A stretch of 64,000 nt of DNA from Thermoanaerobaculia bacterium (GTDB taxonomy: Bacteria > Acidobacteriota > Thermoanaerobaculia > Gp7-AA8). Below, piece by piece: positions 21,159-34,451 of the stretch (position 1 is the first letter of the stretch; every line of letters begins with the position of its first letter). The stretch is taken from assembly GCA_044866315.1 (NCBI GenBank), contig JBIOTX010000195.1:5175-69174 (forward strand). The letters are read 5' to 3'. The position numbers were made by a program, and so were the translations under genes. The notes under the pieces are model-generated. The model had not been told where the DNA came from. It made no database searches and was given only the letters and a program-made list of their open reading frames with translations.

Positions 21159-21181
21159 AGGCTTGTGCTAGCTTCCGCCCC

Positions 21182-24004
<2,823 letters not shown>

Positions 24005-24048
24005 GGTCACGATTCACTGCGAGGCCATGGAGGTAGTGATCTGCCGCC

Positions 24049-24618
24049 TCAGTCCGGGAGGTTCGCGTAGAGAGTAGCCAGATCCAGCGTCGCGCCGGAG
24101 ACGAGTGTTACGGTTCCTTCGCGTACGTCGCGATACTCCCAGGTGCCTGCCGGAAGACGGCGGTAGATCTCGATGCGGGAATATTGGCTGACCAGCACGT
24201 ACTCCCCCAGCGAAGAGATGCGTTGATAGTCTTCCAGCTTGCTGCCGCGATCGACTTCTTCGGTTGACGGGGAGAGGACCTCGACGAGCAACGACGGATT
24301 CGTGATCGTCGTCCCGCTGGGATCGGCGGGATCGAGCTCGATCTGACCGCAGACCATCGATGCGTCGGGATACGCCGCTCTACCCGTAGCGAGTACGCGC
24401 AGCCTCATATCGGACTGAAAGGCGATGCCACCCGGCGGGCGGGCGCTTTCGAGAGCAGCACTGATCCTCGACGCAAGAGCGCTGTGCCGGAGAGATCCTC
24501 CGGCCATGGCGTAAATCTCCCCGTCGACGAATTCGTGCTTCAACTCGCTGGCACGCTCGTACACGAGGTACTCGTCGTACGTGTAATGGTGTCGCGAGTG
24601 CGGCAGTAACGCGCTCAT
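24049..24618 (-). CDS. Uma2-family endonuclease
   Basis: KHEFVDGEIYAMAGGS, YPD and VEVLSPST..DRG.K. Confidence 0.92.
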   Translation of the reverse strand: MSALLPHSRHHYTYDEYLVYERASELKHEFVDGEIYAMAGGSLRHSALASRISAALESARPPGGIAFQSDMRLRVLATGRAAYPDASMVCGQIELDPADPSGTTITNPSLLVEVLSPSTEEVDRGSKLEDYQRISSLGEYVLVSQYSRIEIYRRLPAGTWEYRDVREGTVTLVSGATLDLATLYANLPD

Positions 24619-24648
24619 GGCATCCTAGGATAACCGGTAAGGGGAGGT

Positions 24649-24678
24649 TGGCTGTGGGCGGGAGGACTCGAACCTCCG
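24649..24678 (-). repeat. degenerate tRNA-Asn 3'-end copy (distal att remnant)
   Basis: tggctgtgggcgggaggactcgaacctccg vs tggctgtggcgggaggattcgaacctccg at 41312 (1 insertion, 1 substitution). Confidence 0.8.
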
Positions 24679-24688
24679 GAAGGAACGG

Positions 24689-24951
24689 TCACCACTTGAT
24701 CCTTCTCGTCTTGTCGCGTTTTCGCGTAAGGTCGAGCGTCCGTCCCCCGCCGGCAGATTGGGAGAACTCGAGAGCGATTCCGGCTGCCGGGCAAGTCCGC
24801 TGCTGCGAGCGTATTGCTCCGCGCCGACGATAACGACTGCCTCTCCACATTGTTTCACAACGCGCTGCGGACCGTCCGAACGCACGCGCCGGAATAGCTC
24901 GCTGAATCGCGCCTTCGCCTCATGGAGTTGCCAGACCTTCGGATCGGACAT
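24689..24951 (-). pseudogene. Phd/YefM antitoxin, probably frameshifted and orphaned
   Basis: WQLHEAKARFSEL....GPQ.V; a plausible C-terminus (LDLTRKRDKTRRIKW) lies in another frame. Confidence 0.65.
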
Positions 24952-25217
24952 GCCCCAAGACTATGCGGACGGGTCAATGTGTCAAGTTCAAGACCAGACC
25001 ACTCTTCAGGTTTAGAAGATGCGCGGTGAGGTGATCTGGGACGACGACCCGTTGACCACCAAGCCGGTGGCCTTCGATCGTTCGTATTACGTCGGCCAGC
25101 GGTATCTCGAGCGCCTGTCGCCAGAGGCGTTCGCATGCATCACCGCGAACATCGACTAGCATCTCATGCGTACTTTCGGTATCGGATGCATGCCCGAACG
25201 TAACGGAATGATCTCGC

Positions 25218-26750
25218 TCAGCCCTCCGGCTTGTACTGCGATTTTCCCTCCGACAGGATTGCGTTCCCGGCACCGGTGAGTCCGAGACTCCAGAAGAACG
25301 TCGTGATGTAGTCCGGCCACGAGCCGAAGCTGCATTTGCCATGGAAGAGGATGAGGTAGGCGCTCGCGAGACTGACCAGCGACAGCACGCCCAGACGCAC
25401 CAGCCGGTAACGCTTGATCCGCTTCGCGATCTTGTCCTCGAATGACTGAAGCGCCGTTCGCGCAGCAGTCACGGCGGCGGCTCGGATCGTGGCTTTGGAA
25501 ATGGACTTGATCTGGGCTTCGAGGGCCTGGCGGTACTCCTCGACGGTTCCGGTTTCGGGAACCCCGTCAAGCAGATTCGATACGTCATCCTTTTTCGGGA
25601 GAAACTTCGATGCGAGCTCGAGGTAGTTTCGGAACAACCGCCACTTCTCGACGACGGTCGCAAACTCGACCGCCTTCTCCTTCAAATGAGCGGGATCTAC
25701 AGTGCCGCTGTTCGCGAGGATGCGTTCGAGATTCCCGACGTCGATCGCCATGCGAGTCATCGTCAGTGGAAACAGGTTCTGCGAACCGCCCTTTTGCCAG
25801 TCCACGAGCCAGGCCTGGATGCCCAGCAGGTCGCGATTCGAGTCAGCGAGTGAAAGGAGCGCAGTATCGCGTACCTGTTCTTGGCCGCTGCCATAGTAGC
25901 GCTCGAAGTTCCGTGATAGGAACGCGCCGAGCAGCACGATGAGCACGAACAACAGGGCCGCCCATATGCTGCCGGCCGGGCCGCGTGCGCGGATCGTCGC
26001 GTTGAGCTTCACGCTGTCCGCCGCGCCGGGAGCCTGGATCTCGATCGTTCCTGCGTAGTCGCCAGCGTGGAACGGGCGTTCGAACGGAATGTCCAGCACG
26101 GTCGATTGCCCGGGATCAAGGTTGATCGTGAAGGACCGCGGCTTCCGCTTCGGCTCCGGCGGAGTCGTCCCGGTCGTATCCGTCCCGGCCCTATCCGTAG
26201 TGCCGGTCGTGTCCGAACAAAAAAGCCAGCGATGGTGCCGCGACGCATCGGCAAGCGTCACCGGCAGCACGGCCACCGTCGGAATCCGCGTACCGCCGGT
26301 GTTCTTGATACGGATCGAGAACACGTCGTCCGTCGCGCACTCGAGGCAGACGTCGGCGGTCACCGGCTCCGCGGTCAAGGTGGGCGCAGGACGGGTAATC
26401 GTGAGCGGGATGTCGGTGAGTTTCCCGTCCGCCGCCTTGATTACGATCGTTCCGGTGTGCGACGCACCCCATGGCAGCTTGTTACCGGGCTTGACCGTGA
26501 TCGTCTCGGCGACCGTTCCGGACGGGCCGCGGCCGCGCGCAATCGTGATCTCCTTCCCGAACTGTAGCGGGCCGACCGGACTGACCTCAATGGTGGCGGT
26601 TGGGCCGTCGTGAAAGAAGGTCGCCGACGCGTCATTGCCGGTCACCGTGACCGTGATCGCGGTAGGACCGACGACTTTGACCTGCGCGACTCCAGAAAGT
26701 GCGAACAGCAGCAGTACGACCGCGGTGACAGCTGGTCGCCGAAGACTCAT
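25218..26750 (-). CDS. hypothetical exported/membrane protein (beta-rich N-terminus, 3 TM)
   Basis: AGGAGAG RBS, signal peptide, Thr-rich Ig-like region and C-terminal TMs. Confidence 0.75.
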   Translation of the reverse strand: MSLRRPAVTAVVLLLFALSGVAQVKVVGPTAITVTVTGNDASATFFHDGPTATIEVSPVGPLQFGKEITIARGRGPSGTVAETITVKPGNKLPWGASHTGTIVIKAADGKLTDIPLTITRPAPTLTAEPVTADVCLECATDDVFSIRIKNTGGTRIPTVAVLPVTLADASRHHRWLFCSDTTGTTDRAGTDTTGTTPPEPKRKPRSFTINLDPGQSTVLDIPFERPFHAGDYAGTIEIQAPGAADSVKLNATIRARGPAGSIWAALLFVLIVLLGAFLSRNFERYYGSGQEQVRDTALLSLADSNRDLLGIQAWLVDWQKGGSQNLFPLTMTRMAIDVGNLERILANSGTVDPAHLKEKAVEFATVVEKWRLFRNYLELASKFLPKKDDVSNLLDGVPETGTVEEYRQALEAQIKSISKATIRAAAVTAARTALQSFEDKIAKRIKRYRLVRLGVLSLVSLASAYLILFHGKCSFGSWPDYITTFFWSLGLTGAGNAILSEGKSQYKPEG

Positions 26751-26825
26751 GCGAGGCTCTCCTCGCTGATCTAGAGAGCCGCGGGCCTCGCTTTTCCTCG
26801 ATGTTGGAGCCTCCGCTCGTCAAAA

Positions 26826-27044
26826 CTATTCTTCAGTCTCCGGATCGCGATTGAGGACGCGGTCCGGATCGACTTCCTTCCCCTCGGGCAGGCGACCCGG
26901 CCGAGGCGGCAGCTTGCTGCGCTTCGACGATGCGGGCCCCCGCGCGCGCTCGGTGAGATTCGAAATGCGCGTCGTGAAATCCGGGACGGACACGCCCTTC
27001 GCCGGCGGGCAGGAGTCGTTTTCGGAGCTTTTCTCGTCTGCCAT
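26826..27044 (-). CDS. small hydrophilic hypothetical protein
   Basis: GGAGGG RBS before ATG 27044; co-oriented with its neighbours. Confidence 0.55.
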   Translation of the reverse strand: MADEKSSENDSCPPAKGVSVPDFTTRISNLTERARGPASSKRSKLPPRPGRLPEGKEVDPDRVLNRDPETEE

Positions 27045-27099
27045 GACACCCTCCGGGTCGTTCATGATCCGAAGCCAGTGTAATGCCAGCCGTGTGGAG

Positions 27100-28659
27100 C
27101 TACGTGACGCGCGCCCACTGCGTGGCCCACAGGTTCGGCGTCGCGGAAGCGCGCTCCTGTACGGTCCAGAAGCTCAGGTCGTCGACCGGATCCACCTGCG
27201 TGCTGCTGTAGTCGCCCCAGCGGTTCGGGTTTCCCCTGTCATAGCTGGCCCCGCCCGGCGCATAGACGTGCGGCGTTCGCATCCGGCCCGCCGGGTCCGC
27301 TGCACGGCGTAATGCGTACGCGCCGCTCGCGAACGTCGCCGCCGAGAAGTGCGCGCAACCGAGCAGGACGTCTTCGTTCGCGTTGACGGCCAGCGTCGGA
27401 AACGCGAAAAACTCGGCGCCGCCGGGATCGTCGACCCGGCCGACCTGCGCAACGGCCCACGTGCCGATGCGCGTCTGCACCCACTGCGCCGCGGTGCGTG
27501 TTGGAGTCGCCGCGGGAAGAAAGGCCGAATGGGAGAACCACAGCGAACCGTGACGGCAGACGACGCTGAGGATGCGATCGTCGCCGGCATCGATGAGCGC
27601 AGGCGTGCCACGCTGCGGCGCGAAGTTCTCGGTGGCGCTGCGCGCCGCCCAGGTCGTCCCGACGACCTGCACGAACCCCAGGTCGTTGAGCGCCAGGGTG
27701 CCGCCGGAAACGCTCCCGGTGATCTCGTGAATCTTGTAGTAGCCCGTCCCCTGGAAGTCGCCCGTCCATCGCGTGACGAGATACTGCGTCGACTGCCCAG
27801 GATCGAGCGTGACCGCCGGGACCTGCGGGCCGCCCTGATCGCGCAGCACGAACAGGCTCACGGCGGGCGTGTGCGGCGGGTCGTAGAACTGCTGTTTGTC
27901 CCAGACGTAGATGCTCGACCCCGCGAAATCATTGTTCGCGAGCGTGTACAGGTTCACCTGCACGGTGATCTTGTCCTCGGTGAACCCGACGCTCGGAAAA
28001 TCGAGCCATACGTCGCCCTGCTGCACGGGGTCCACGCGCACGAAGCCCATGATCCAGTTCGCGGTGGGATCGTCCGTCTCCAAGACCGCGATGAGCAGAC
28101 TGGACGCCGGGCTCTCGGCGTTCGCGGTGCTGACGAAGATGAAGCGGCGGCCGGCCGGGTCGTATACCGCCCGCGGGTCGAAGGCGTCCATCGGCGGCGG
28201 GATCCTCGGATCGATCCAGAAGTCGTCGAGCGTCATCTGCAGGACCGGAGTGCCGGTGCGGTCGAAGACGTGCACGTCGTCGTTGAGGGGGTTGAATGCG
28301 AAGTCGCGGTTCACCACCCCCATCGTGTCGGGCGGGATCATGTTGCTGTTGGCCGCGCCGCCGTCGAAGGTGACGGCGGGTGGGGGCGACGGCAGCGGAG
28401 GCGACGCCGGTTTTGCCGGCGCCGGCGCAGCCATGAACGCGGGCCCGCCGGGCGCGCGGTTACGCACGAGCGTGAGGTCCACTTCGTCCGCGACCGGGAG
28501 CTTCTCCTTGCGCCGGCGCCGCCGCTTCGGCTCGCGCGGCGCCCTCGGCGCAACCGTCTCGGCGGCGATCCGCCCGGCGAAGGTGACCCGCCGTGGCTCG
28601 AACTCGACCGGTTGGGCCTCGGGCATCGAGGCTCTGGAGCGCATCACCGCCATGTCCAT
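27100..28659 (-). CDS. hypothetical protein (PPDT...DP..YD...DFP...RWGDYS family)
   Basis: Long ORF with GGAGGG RBS; motifs seen in an uncharacterised beta-rich family. Confidence 0.75.
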   Translation of the reverse strand: MDMAVMRSRASMPEAQPVEFEPRRVTFAGRIAAETVAPRAPREPKRRRRRKEKLPVADEVDLTLVRNRAPGGPAFMAAPAPAKPASPPLPSPPPAVTFDGGAANSNMIPPDTMGVVNRDFAFNPLNDDVHVFDRTGTPVLQMTLDDFWIDPRIPPPMDAFDPRAVYDPAGRRFIFVSTANAESPASSLLIAVLETDDPTANWIMGFVRVDPVQQGDVWLDFPSVGFTEDKITVQVNLYTLANNDFAGSSIYVWDKQQFYDPPHTPAVSLFVLRDQGGPQVPAVTLDPGQSTQYLVTRWTGDFQGTGYYKIHEITGSVSGGTLALNDLGFVQVVGTTWAARSATENFAPQRGTPALIDAGDDRILSVVCRHGSLWFSHSAFLPAATPTRTAAQWVQTRIGTWAVAQVGRVDDPGGAEFFAFPTLAVNANEDVLLGCAHFSAATFASGAYALRRAADPAGRMRTPHVYAPGGASYDRGNPNRWGDYSSTQVDPVDDLSFWTVQERASATPNLWATQWARVT

Positions 28660-28761
28660 CCCTCCGCCGCCGTGACGTTCAATCCATGAGAGGGACGCGC
28701 GTCGCCGAATTACCGCGGCGTCTCCTTCCTGATACAGCAGTCGAGTGGTTGTTTGGAGTTG

Positions 28762-29226
28762 TCAGCGCCGCGACCGCGGGACCACGCGGCGCAGGACCTT
28801 CACATCCGCCTTGTCCTGTATGCGCCCGGCGCTGGTCTTGGCCCGGATCAAGTCATCGAGGGCGATGTAATGCGCGGGAACATCGCCGAAAACGGCATCC
28901 ACACGCCGCGACCACACGGATCGAAAGTTGGCAATTCCGGCGAGCCCGGCCATCAGGTCGATCCGCGTGGGAGCGACTCCTAGCTGCACGATCCGGCCGG
29001 GAGTCGAGAGATCTGTGGCGTTGATCCCGAGGTCCGTGCCGAGAAAATCGCGAATGGCTTGAAGGACGCGCTCCGCGTTCTCAGGAGTCGGGTCGATGTA
29101 GAGGTCGAGGTCCTTGGTCGCGCGGGGACGAGCGTGAAAGGCGACGGCGTGCGCGCCGACGATGAGGAACTCAGCGCCGTTTCGGTTCAACGACTCGATG
29201 AACTCTTCGTAGTCGCGGGATTTCAC
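28762..29226 (-). CDS. nucleotidyltransferase-family protein
   Basis: FLIVGAHAVAFH..PRATKDLD and K...GR.QD.AD. Confidence 0.85.
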   Translation of the reverse strand: MKSRDYEEFIESLNRNGAEFLIVGAHAVAFHARPRATKDLDLYIDPTPENAERVLQAIRDFLGTDLGINATDLSTPGRIVQLGVAPTRIDLMAGLAGIANFRSVWSRRVDAVFGDVPAHYIALDDLIRAKTSAGRIQDKADVKVLRRVVPRSRR

Positions 29227-29404
29227 GGATGCCTTTCGCCCGGAGCGCGGAGAGGAGACAGTCCTGGACCGCATCGACGCGCTCTTCCGGTGTCAGTCCC
29301 TCGTACCAGAAGCGGAAATCGGCCTCTTCGGCCTGGGACTCGGACAGGACCGTCGCCGTCCAGATCCTGCCGTGTCTGTCCGCGCCCCGCCCGCGCACTT
29401 TCAT
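29171..29404 (-). CDS. small partner of the nucleotidyltransferase (antitoxin-like)
   Basis: D..FW..LTPEER motif; overlaps the NTase start. Confidence 0.65.
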   Translation of the reverse strand: MKVRGRGADRHGRIWTATVLSESQAEEADFRFWYEGLTPEERVDAVQDCLLSALRAKGIREIPRLRRVHRVVEPKRR

Positions 29405-29432
29405 GGTGTCACGATAGCAGCTCTCGCGGCGC

Positions 29433-30265
29433 TCAGAGGTCGCGCTTCCTCAAACGCCAAGTGGCCAATAGCGCAGGGAAGAGCGTCCACAGAATCACGG
29501 ACGCCGTCAGGGCGATGGCCGCGCCCGTCGTTCCTTTGGTGAATCGCAGGAAAGCCAGCGAGGCGGCGCCGAATGCCGTGGTCCCGCTCGTGGCCAGGAG
29601 CGCGCCCGTGCGGATCGCGTCCACCGGATTGACGAGGACGGAAACGATCAGGACGCGCGAGGCCTGGCCCGACGGCAGGAAGGACGCGATACCGAGGGCG
29701 GCGAGGTCGAAGAGCACCGCGGTGAGGACCCAGAGGACCAGCGCCATGGCGATCGCGCGCACGCGCTCGCGGCTGACCGCTCCGGCGCTGGCGGCGGCTG
29801 CCGCGGCGACGAAGATCGCCGTCAGAAAGATCGACGCGGCAAAGAGAACAAAGTACGCGCCGAGGCCCCAGCTTCCGCCGCTGGAGAAGATCACCACGCC
29901 CGCGGCGCCGAAGCCGACGAGCTGCGCGGCGACGAGTGCGACGAAGACCCCGAGCATCTGCCCCGACAGGATGGTCGCGCGCGAGACCGGCTGTGAATAA
30001 AGGAGCTCCGCCGCGCCTCGCTCGGACGTGAAGGACATGACCCCGACGATCAGTGCGGCGAGCGGTACGAGAGGCGTGACGAGCTGAATCAGGGAACCGA
30101 CGTGCGCGCGTACTCCTGCACGCCGCTGCCGCCGGAAAGGATGTAGCCCGACCAGGCCACGCCGCTGGCCAGGAGGGCGAAGACGATGGCGAAGATCTGC
30201 GTCCAGCGCGAGCGAACCGCCAGGGTGAGCTCCTGCCGCGCGCAAAGAAGGACGGGGGAGCTCAC
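29433..30265 (-). pseudogene. NosY-like ABC permease, frameshifted near 30095
   Basis: ARTSV|SLIQLV needs one extra base; ELLYSQPVSR and NPVDAIR motifs. Confidence 0.75.
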
Positions 30266-30670
30266 GGCAGCTCCTTCCCGAACAGTTCCTGCGGCGACTT
30301 CGGCGCAGAAGGTCGGCGTCCCGGCCTTGGCCGAGGCGATCAGCCCGGAGCTCATCGGCGAAGCCATGCCCGGGCAGCGAAAAAAGTCCGCGCCGGGCGC
30401 GGGGATCCAGGTCGAGTTTTTGTAGTCCGTGACGAAGACATGCGCCTCCTGCGGCAAAGGATGCTCGCGCACATGACGGGCCAGGCAATCGAGATCGTCG
30501 AAGGAGCGCGGATCTTCGCCGGGATGGACGATTTGCGCCGGGAACCGCTTGTCGGAGATGACCATCCGGCAGAACGAGCAACTCTCCGAGCCGAAGGCGA
30601 TCTCCGCGGGCCCGGCCGGCTCGAAGCAGGCGATGAGCATCAGCAGCATCGAACAGACGGCGACTCTCAT
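30262..30670 (-). pseudogene. NosL-like copper-binding lipoprotein, frameshifted into the permease frame
   Basis: LIAC lipobox, CSFCRM.I, FDDLDC and SPMSSG; likely native end KELP* at the GTGA overlap is in another frame. Confidence 0.7.
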
Positions 30671-31548
30671 GAGACCAGCTCCCGATACAGCGCCTCGAGC
30701 CGCAGCTCCTCGGTCACCACGGACCGGATCTCCGCACCCGCATCCCGGATCGCGTCGAAGACGGCCAGGCGATTCTCCGGCGCGACTTCGACACGCAGCT
30801 CGTTGCCGATGACGAACGTCTTCGGCTCGAGAAGGCGTGCAATCGTCCCGGCGGGACGATCGAGCATCACCCGCATGATCGCGCGACGTCCGAGCCGGTC
30901 GGCGAGCTCGTGATTGGTCATCAGGGCGACGAGTTTCCCGCCCACGAGAATGCCGAATCGATCCGCGAGCTGTTCGACGTCGCCGAGATGATGGGACGTG
31001 AAAACGACCGAGCGTCCTTCGGCGCGGATCTGCACCGCCAGTCCAGAGAACGCGCACAGCCCATCGGGATCGAGTGCCGCGGTCGGCTCGTCGAGCAGCA
31101 GAACGTCCGATTCCGGCAACGCCGCGACAGCCAGACCGAGACGCTGGGTCATGCCGCCGGAATAGGTTCCCACGGGACGCTTCGACGCGCCGTTGAGCGA
31201 GGCGAAGCGGAGCACTTCATCGGTACGGGTGAGCCTCGTGCCGCGCAGGCGGGCGTAGAAGTCGACCACTTCCCGACCGGTGAGCGACTCGGGGAAGGAC
31301 ACGCGCTGGGGAAGATAGGAGATCGACCGGCGCGCGCGGACATCCGTCGCCGGCCATGCCGGATCGCCCACCAGAACCGCGCCTTCCATGGGCGAGAGCA
31401 GCCCGGCGGCGGCCTTGAGGGTGGTGGTCTTTCCCGAGCCGTTGGGGCCGAGGAGCGCGACGATCTCGCCGCGGCCGACGGCGAGCGACAGGCCGTCCAC
31501 CGCGGTCACCGTTCCGAAGCGCTTGCCGAAATTCTCGTAGCGGATCAT
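30667..31548 (-). CDS. NosF-like ABC ATPase
   Basis: GPNGSGKTT, YSGGM.QRL and LLLDEPT. Confidence 0.88.
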   Translation of the reverse strand: MIRYENFGKRFGTVTAVDGLSLAVGRGEIVALLGPNGSGKTTTLKAAAGLLSPMEGAVLVGDPAWPATDVRARRSISYLPQRVSFPESLTGREVVDFYARLRGTRLTRTDEVLRFASLNGASKRPVGTYSGGMTQRLGLAVAALPESDVLLLDEPTAALDPDGLCAFSGLAVQIRAEGRSVVFTSHHLGDVEQLADRFGILVGGKLVALMTNHELADRLGRRAIMRVMLDRPAGTIARLLEPKTFVIGNELRVEVAPENRLAVFDAIRDAGAEIRSVVTEELRLEALYRELVS

Positions 31549-32245
31549 GGCAGTCTCCGCCTCGCTCTCTTCAGCAGAAACACTCCGCCGCCCAGCAACA
31601 GCAGCGATGACGCGACGCCGTAGACGTTGGCATTGCGCTCCCGGAGCGGCGCACTCGGAACCCGAGGCAGGCGCGGAGGCCGTGCGAGCGGCGCGTTGTC
31701 GGTGAGGGGAACGTCTTCGAGCACGGGGAAGAGCCGTTCCGCCACCCCCAGTGTCCTCGCCGCCAGGCTGTCCGAGAAGAGGTCCGCGGCGCTGAGGTTT
31801 CCCCGGAAGTGGTCGAACACGCTGGAGAGCCGGTACGGGCGATCGGAGCGCCCGTCGCCGTCGAGATCGGGCTCGTCGTTCGCCGACCAGAAATTGCCGT
31901 CGAACTTCGTATCCGGCCGACGAACATGAGCGGCGACATGTTCGCCACGAACGAGTTCCCTTCGAATCGGTTCTTCTCGATGGAGTCGTAGAGGACGAGT
32001 GCGACGTCGGAGCTGGCCACGATGTTCCGCCGAAAGACGTTGCGCGAAGAGCCTTCGACGAAGATGCCCCGGGCGTTGTCGGCGATCAGATTGTCCTCGG
32101 CGAGGGTGTCCTCGCATGCCTTCAGCAGCAGTCCGACCGACGCGAAGCCGCGATTGTGGACGAAGCGGTTGCGGCGAAAGACGATGCGGCGCGAGAACAT
32201 GAGCGCCGCACCGGCCGCGCCGTCGGTGAAGGCACTATCCGCGAC
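31545..32245 (-). pseudogene. NosD-like beta-helix protein, 5'-truncated and frameshifted
   Basis: Parallel beta-helix repeats; GNFWS...DLDGDG..D.PY lies in a second frame; N-terminus absent. Confidence 0.75.
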
Positions 32246-32330
32246 TCAAGGCCTCTCGTAGCTCTTTCGCCGGTGGGGCATAGCCAGAGAACGCGGCCAC
32301 GGCCGGAACCGTGGCCGCCGTTCAAGAGCT

Positions 32331-33399
32331 TCATGCTCGGGGACGGATCGCTGGCGGCTCTGACGCACGGCTAATGAGACCAAGTTGCGAATTCCGCGCA
32401 TCCAACGCTCGAGTCGCTTCCGCGACTGCTGCGTCATTCACCCGTACGTAGCGTTCTGTCATTTTCGAAGATGTATGCCCAAGAATCTTCTGAATGACTT
32501 GTAGCGATACTCCTGCCGATGCGAGCGTGCACGCTGCCGTGTGGCGGAGGTCATGGAATCTGAAACGACGCGTCATACCCGCGATGCGTTTCGCCCGGAG
32601 AAACGCGCGCCGTAGCGAGATGTCCGCTACGCGACTTCCATCGTGATTGACGAACACGAAGCGACTCACGACGTGACGGGCGCGGCACTCCTCGAGCGCT
32701 TGTCGGCACAGCGCCGAAATGGGAACGACAGCCCACTTTTTCGTCTTCTTCATGAGCAGCCGAATGAACCCGCCGTCCAAATCAACCTGCGTCCATTCGA
32801 GATTCAGGAGGTCCATCTTCCGGAGGCCCGTCTCGATGGCGACAACGAAAATGGGCTCGAGTCTGCGAAAGCGCTCGAAGCGCTTCGTCGTGGACTCGCT
32901 GTCGGGGTTTGGCCCGAAGCCGAACCGCCGTGGCACTTTGAAGTGTTCGCTCGTTACCACGTGCGCATCCCGCCGCCGCCTCGCGACGTCCTCCTTGAAC
33001 CCGCGTTCATTGTCGAAAGCGCCAAGGAACGCCACACGTTCGTCGTCGTTCAGCTCGAGCCCCGGGAATGGGACATCCTCGAAGCGGATCTTCTCGGTCA
33101 GCGGTGAGGCGCCGATGAGCTGACGTTTCACGGCATGGTTCATGAGCGCTTTCATCGTTCGGGCGCAGTTGTTGACGTACGCGGAACTGCATTCGCCAAG
33201 CATCGTCGCCATGAAGTCCTCGATGTCGCACGAACGAATCGTCGCGGAAAGCCTGCCACAGCCGGATCGCGTCCTCTCTCGATTCATCATGGACCGTTCG
33301 TTCGCGACGTAGCTTACCGTTCGTCTTCGGGATGTAGAGCGAGAAGTGGGCGAGGTGCTTCTTTGGGTTGTAGCTGAAACCAGGAATGCGGCCTTTCAT
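32331..33399 (-). pseudogene. tyrosine integrase with internal deletion/frameshift; catalytic domain intact
   Basis: TGLRK, FHDLRHT and LGH...MTERY; N-terminus MKGRIPG in another frame. Confidence 0.85.
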
Positions 33400-33648
33400 G
33401 CTGACAAATCTCCCGTGCGTTTGCCGACGGCAGAACGCGCTTAGGCCGGCGAAGTCCGGAGATGAATCGCTCAAGTTCACGTCTCGGACAGGCGCGGCAG
33501 TGAGTGGGATTTGATCCAGCCGTTGGGCGCGATTCGTCAGGTTTAGAAGGGTGCGCTGTGAGGTGCTCTGGAAAAAATAGAGACTTTGCACATCGCGCAT
33601 CCATTCGATCGGACGTTGCGGATCTCTGCTAAGTCTCTGAGAGTGAGT

Positions 33649-33693
33649 TGGCTGGGGCGGGAGGATTCGAACCTCCGACCAACGGATTAACAA
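33649..33693 (-). repeat. tRNA-Asn 3'-half duplication (att site)
   Basis: 45 bp matching 41312-41356 with 1 mismatch; identity ends after the anticodon loop TTGTTAA. Confidence 0.92.
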
Positions 33694-33914
33694 CTTCACG
33701 CGAGAAAGGGGCCGATGAACGATGCGGTCAGGGCATCTCCCATGTCGGCGACAACCTTCGTATCCAGATGCTCCCGACGATCTGCACGACGCATCATCGC
33801 GAGGCTCTGGTCATGCTGCCGATCATCGTCAAGGAAGGCTCGAAGGGCGAGCGTTACGAGGATGACTGCGGGCACTGAGCGGCCGTTGGCATGGCGGGTG
33901 ATCGCAGAGTCCGC

Positions 33915-34439
33915 ATGGCGGACAGAGACCCGACTGCCAACCAGATTCTGAGCGAGTTGGAAACGAGCCGAGCGGAATTCCATGAGCTCCTCACCGCGGT
34001 TGCTGGGGATGCGTGGAACCGCCCGAGCCAAAATCGAGGTTGGACGAACGGCCAGGTCCTGTTTCACATCGCCCTCGGGTTCTTCCTCATCGTGCCGCTC
34101 GTCGTGCTCATGCGGGCATTCGCCGCTCTGCCGCGGAGCGCATCGAGGGCGTTTGCCCGTTGCCTCAACGCCACGACGCCGCTGTTCAACCGGATCAACG
34201 CGATCGGCCCGCGCTTCGGCGCGAAAGTGTTCTCCGCCAGGCGCCTTGGCGCCACGTTCGATTGGGTTCACCGGCGCATCCTTCGGAAAGTCGAAGCGAT
34301 GCGTCCGGAGGACTGGAGCCGCGGAATGCACTACCCGGAAAAGTGGGAGCCTCGGTTTTCGGACTTCATGACCTTCGAAGCTCTCTTTCGCTATCCGACG
34401 GTGCACCTGCGCCACCATCGGACGCAGTTGCAACTGTGA
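33915..34439 (+). CDS. DinB-family protein
   Basis: WT..QVLFH and C-terminal HLRHH. Confidence 0.75.
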   Translation: MADRDPTANQILSELETSRAEFHELLTAVAGDAWNRPSQNRGWTNGQVLFHIALGFFLIVPLVVLMRAFAALPRSASRAFARCLNATTPLFNRINAIGPRFGAKVFSARRLGATFDWVHRRILRKVEAMRPEDWSRGMHYPEKWEPRFSDFMTFEALFRYPTVHLRHHRTQLQL

Positions 34440-34451
34440 GCCGCGTACGGT

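Larger units (their letters stand above)
24649..33693. mobile_element. decaying genomic island B at tRNA-Asn
   Basis: Bounded by two tRNA 3' copies; integrase pseudogene at the tRNA-proximal end; frameshifted cargo. Confidence 0.75.

Noticed and set aside
25020-25200. gene fragment on the + strand (EVIWDDDPL...YLERLSPEAF)
   Set aside because: Looks coding but has no start and an internal stop; cannot be assigned
33649-33693. second functional tRNA-Asn
   Set aside because: Only the 3' half is present; no D-arm or 5' acceptor strand
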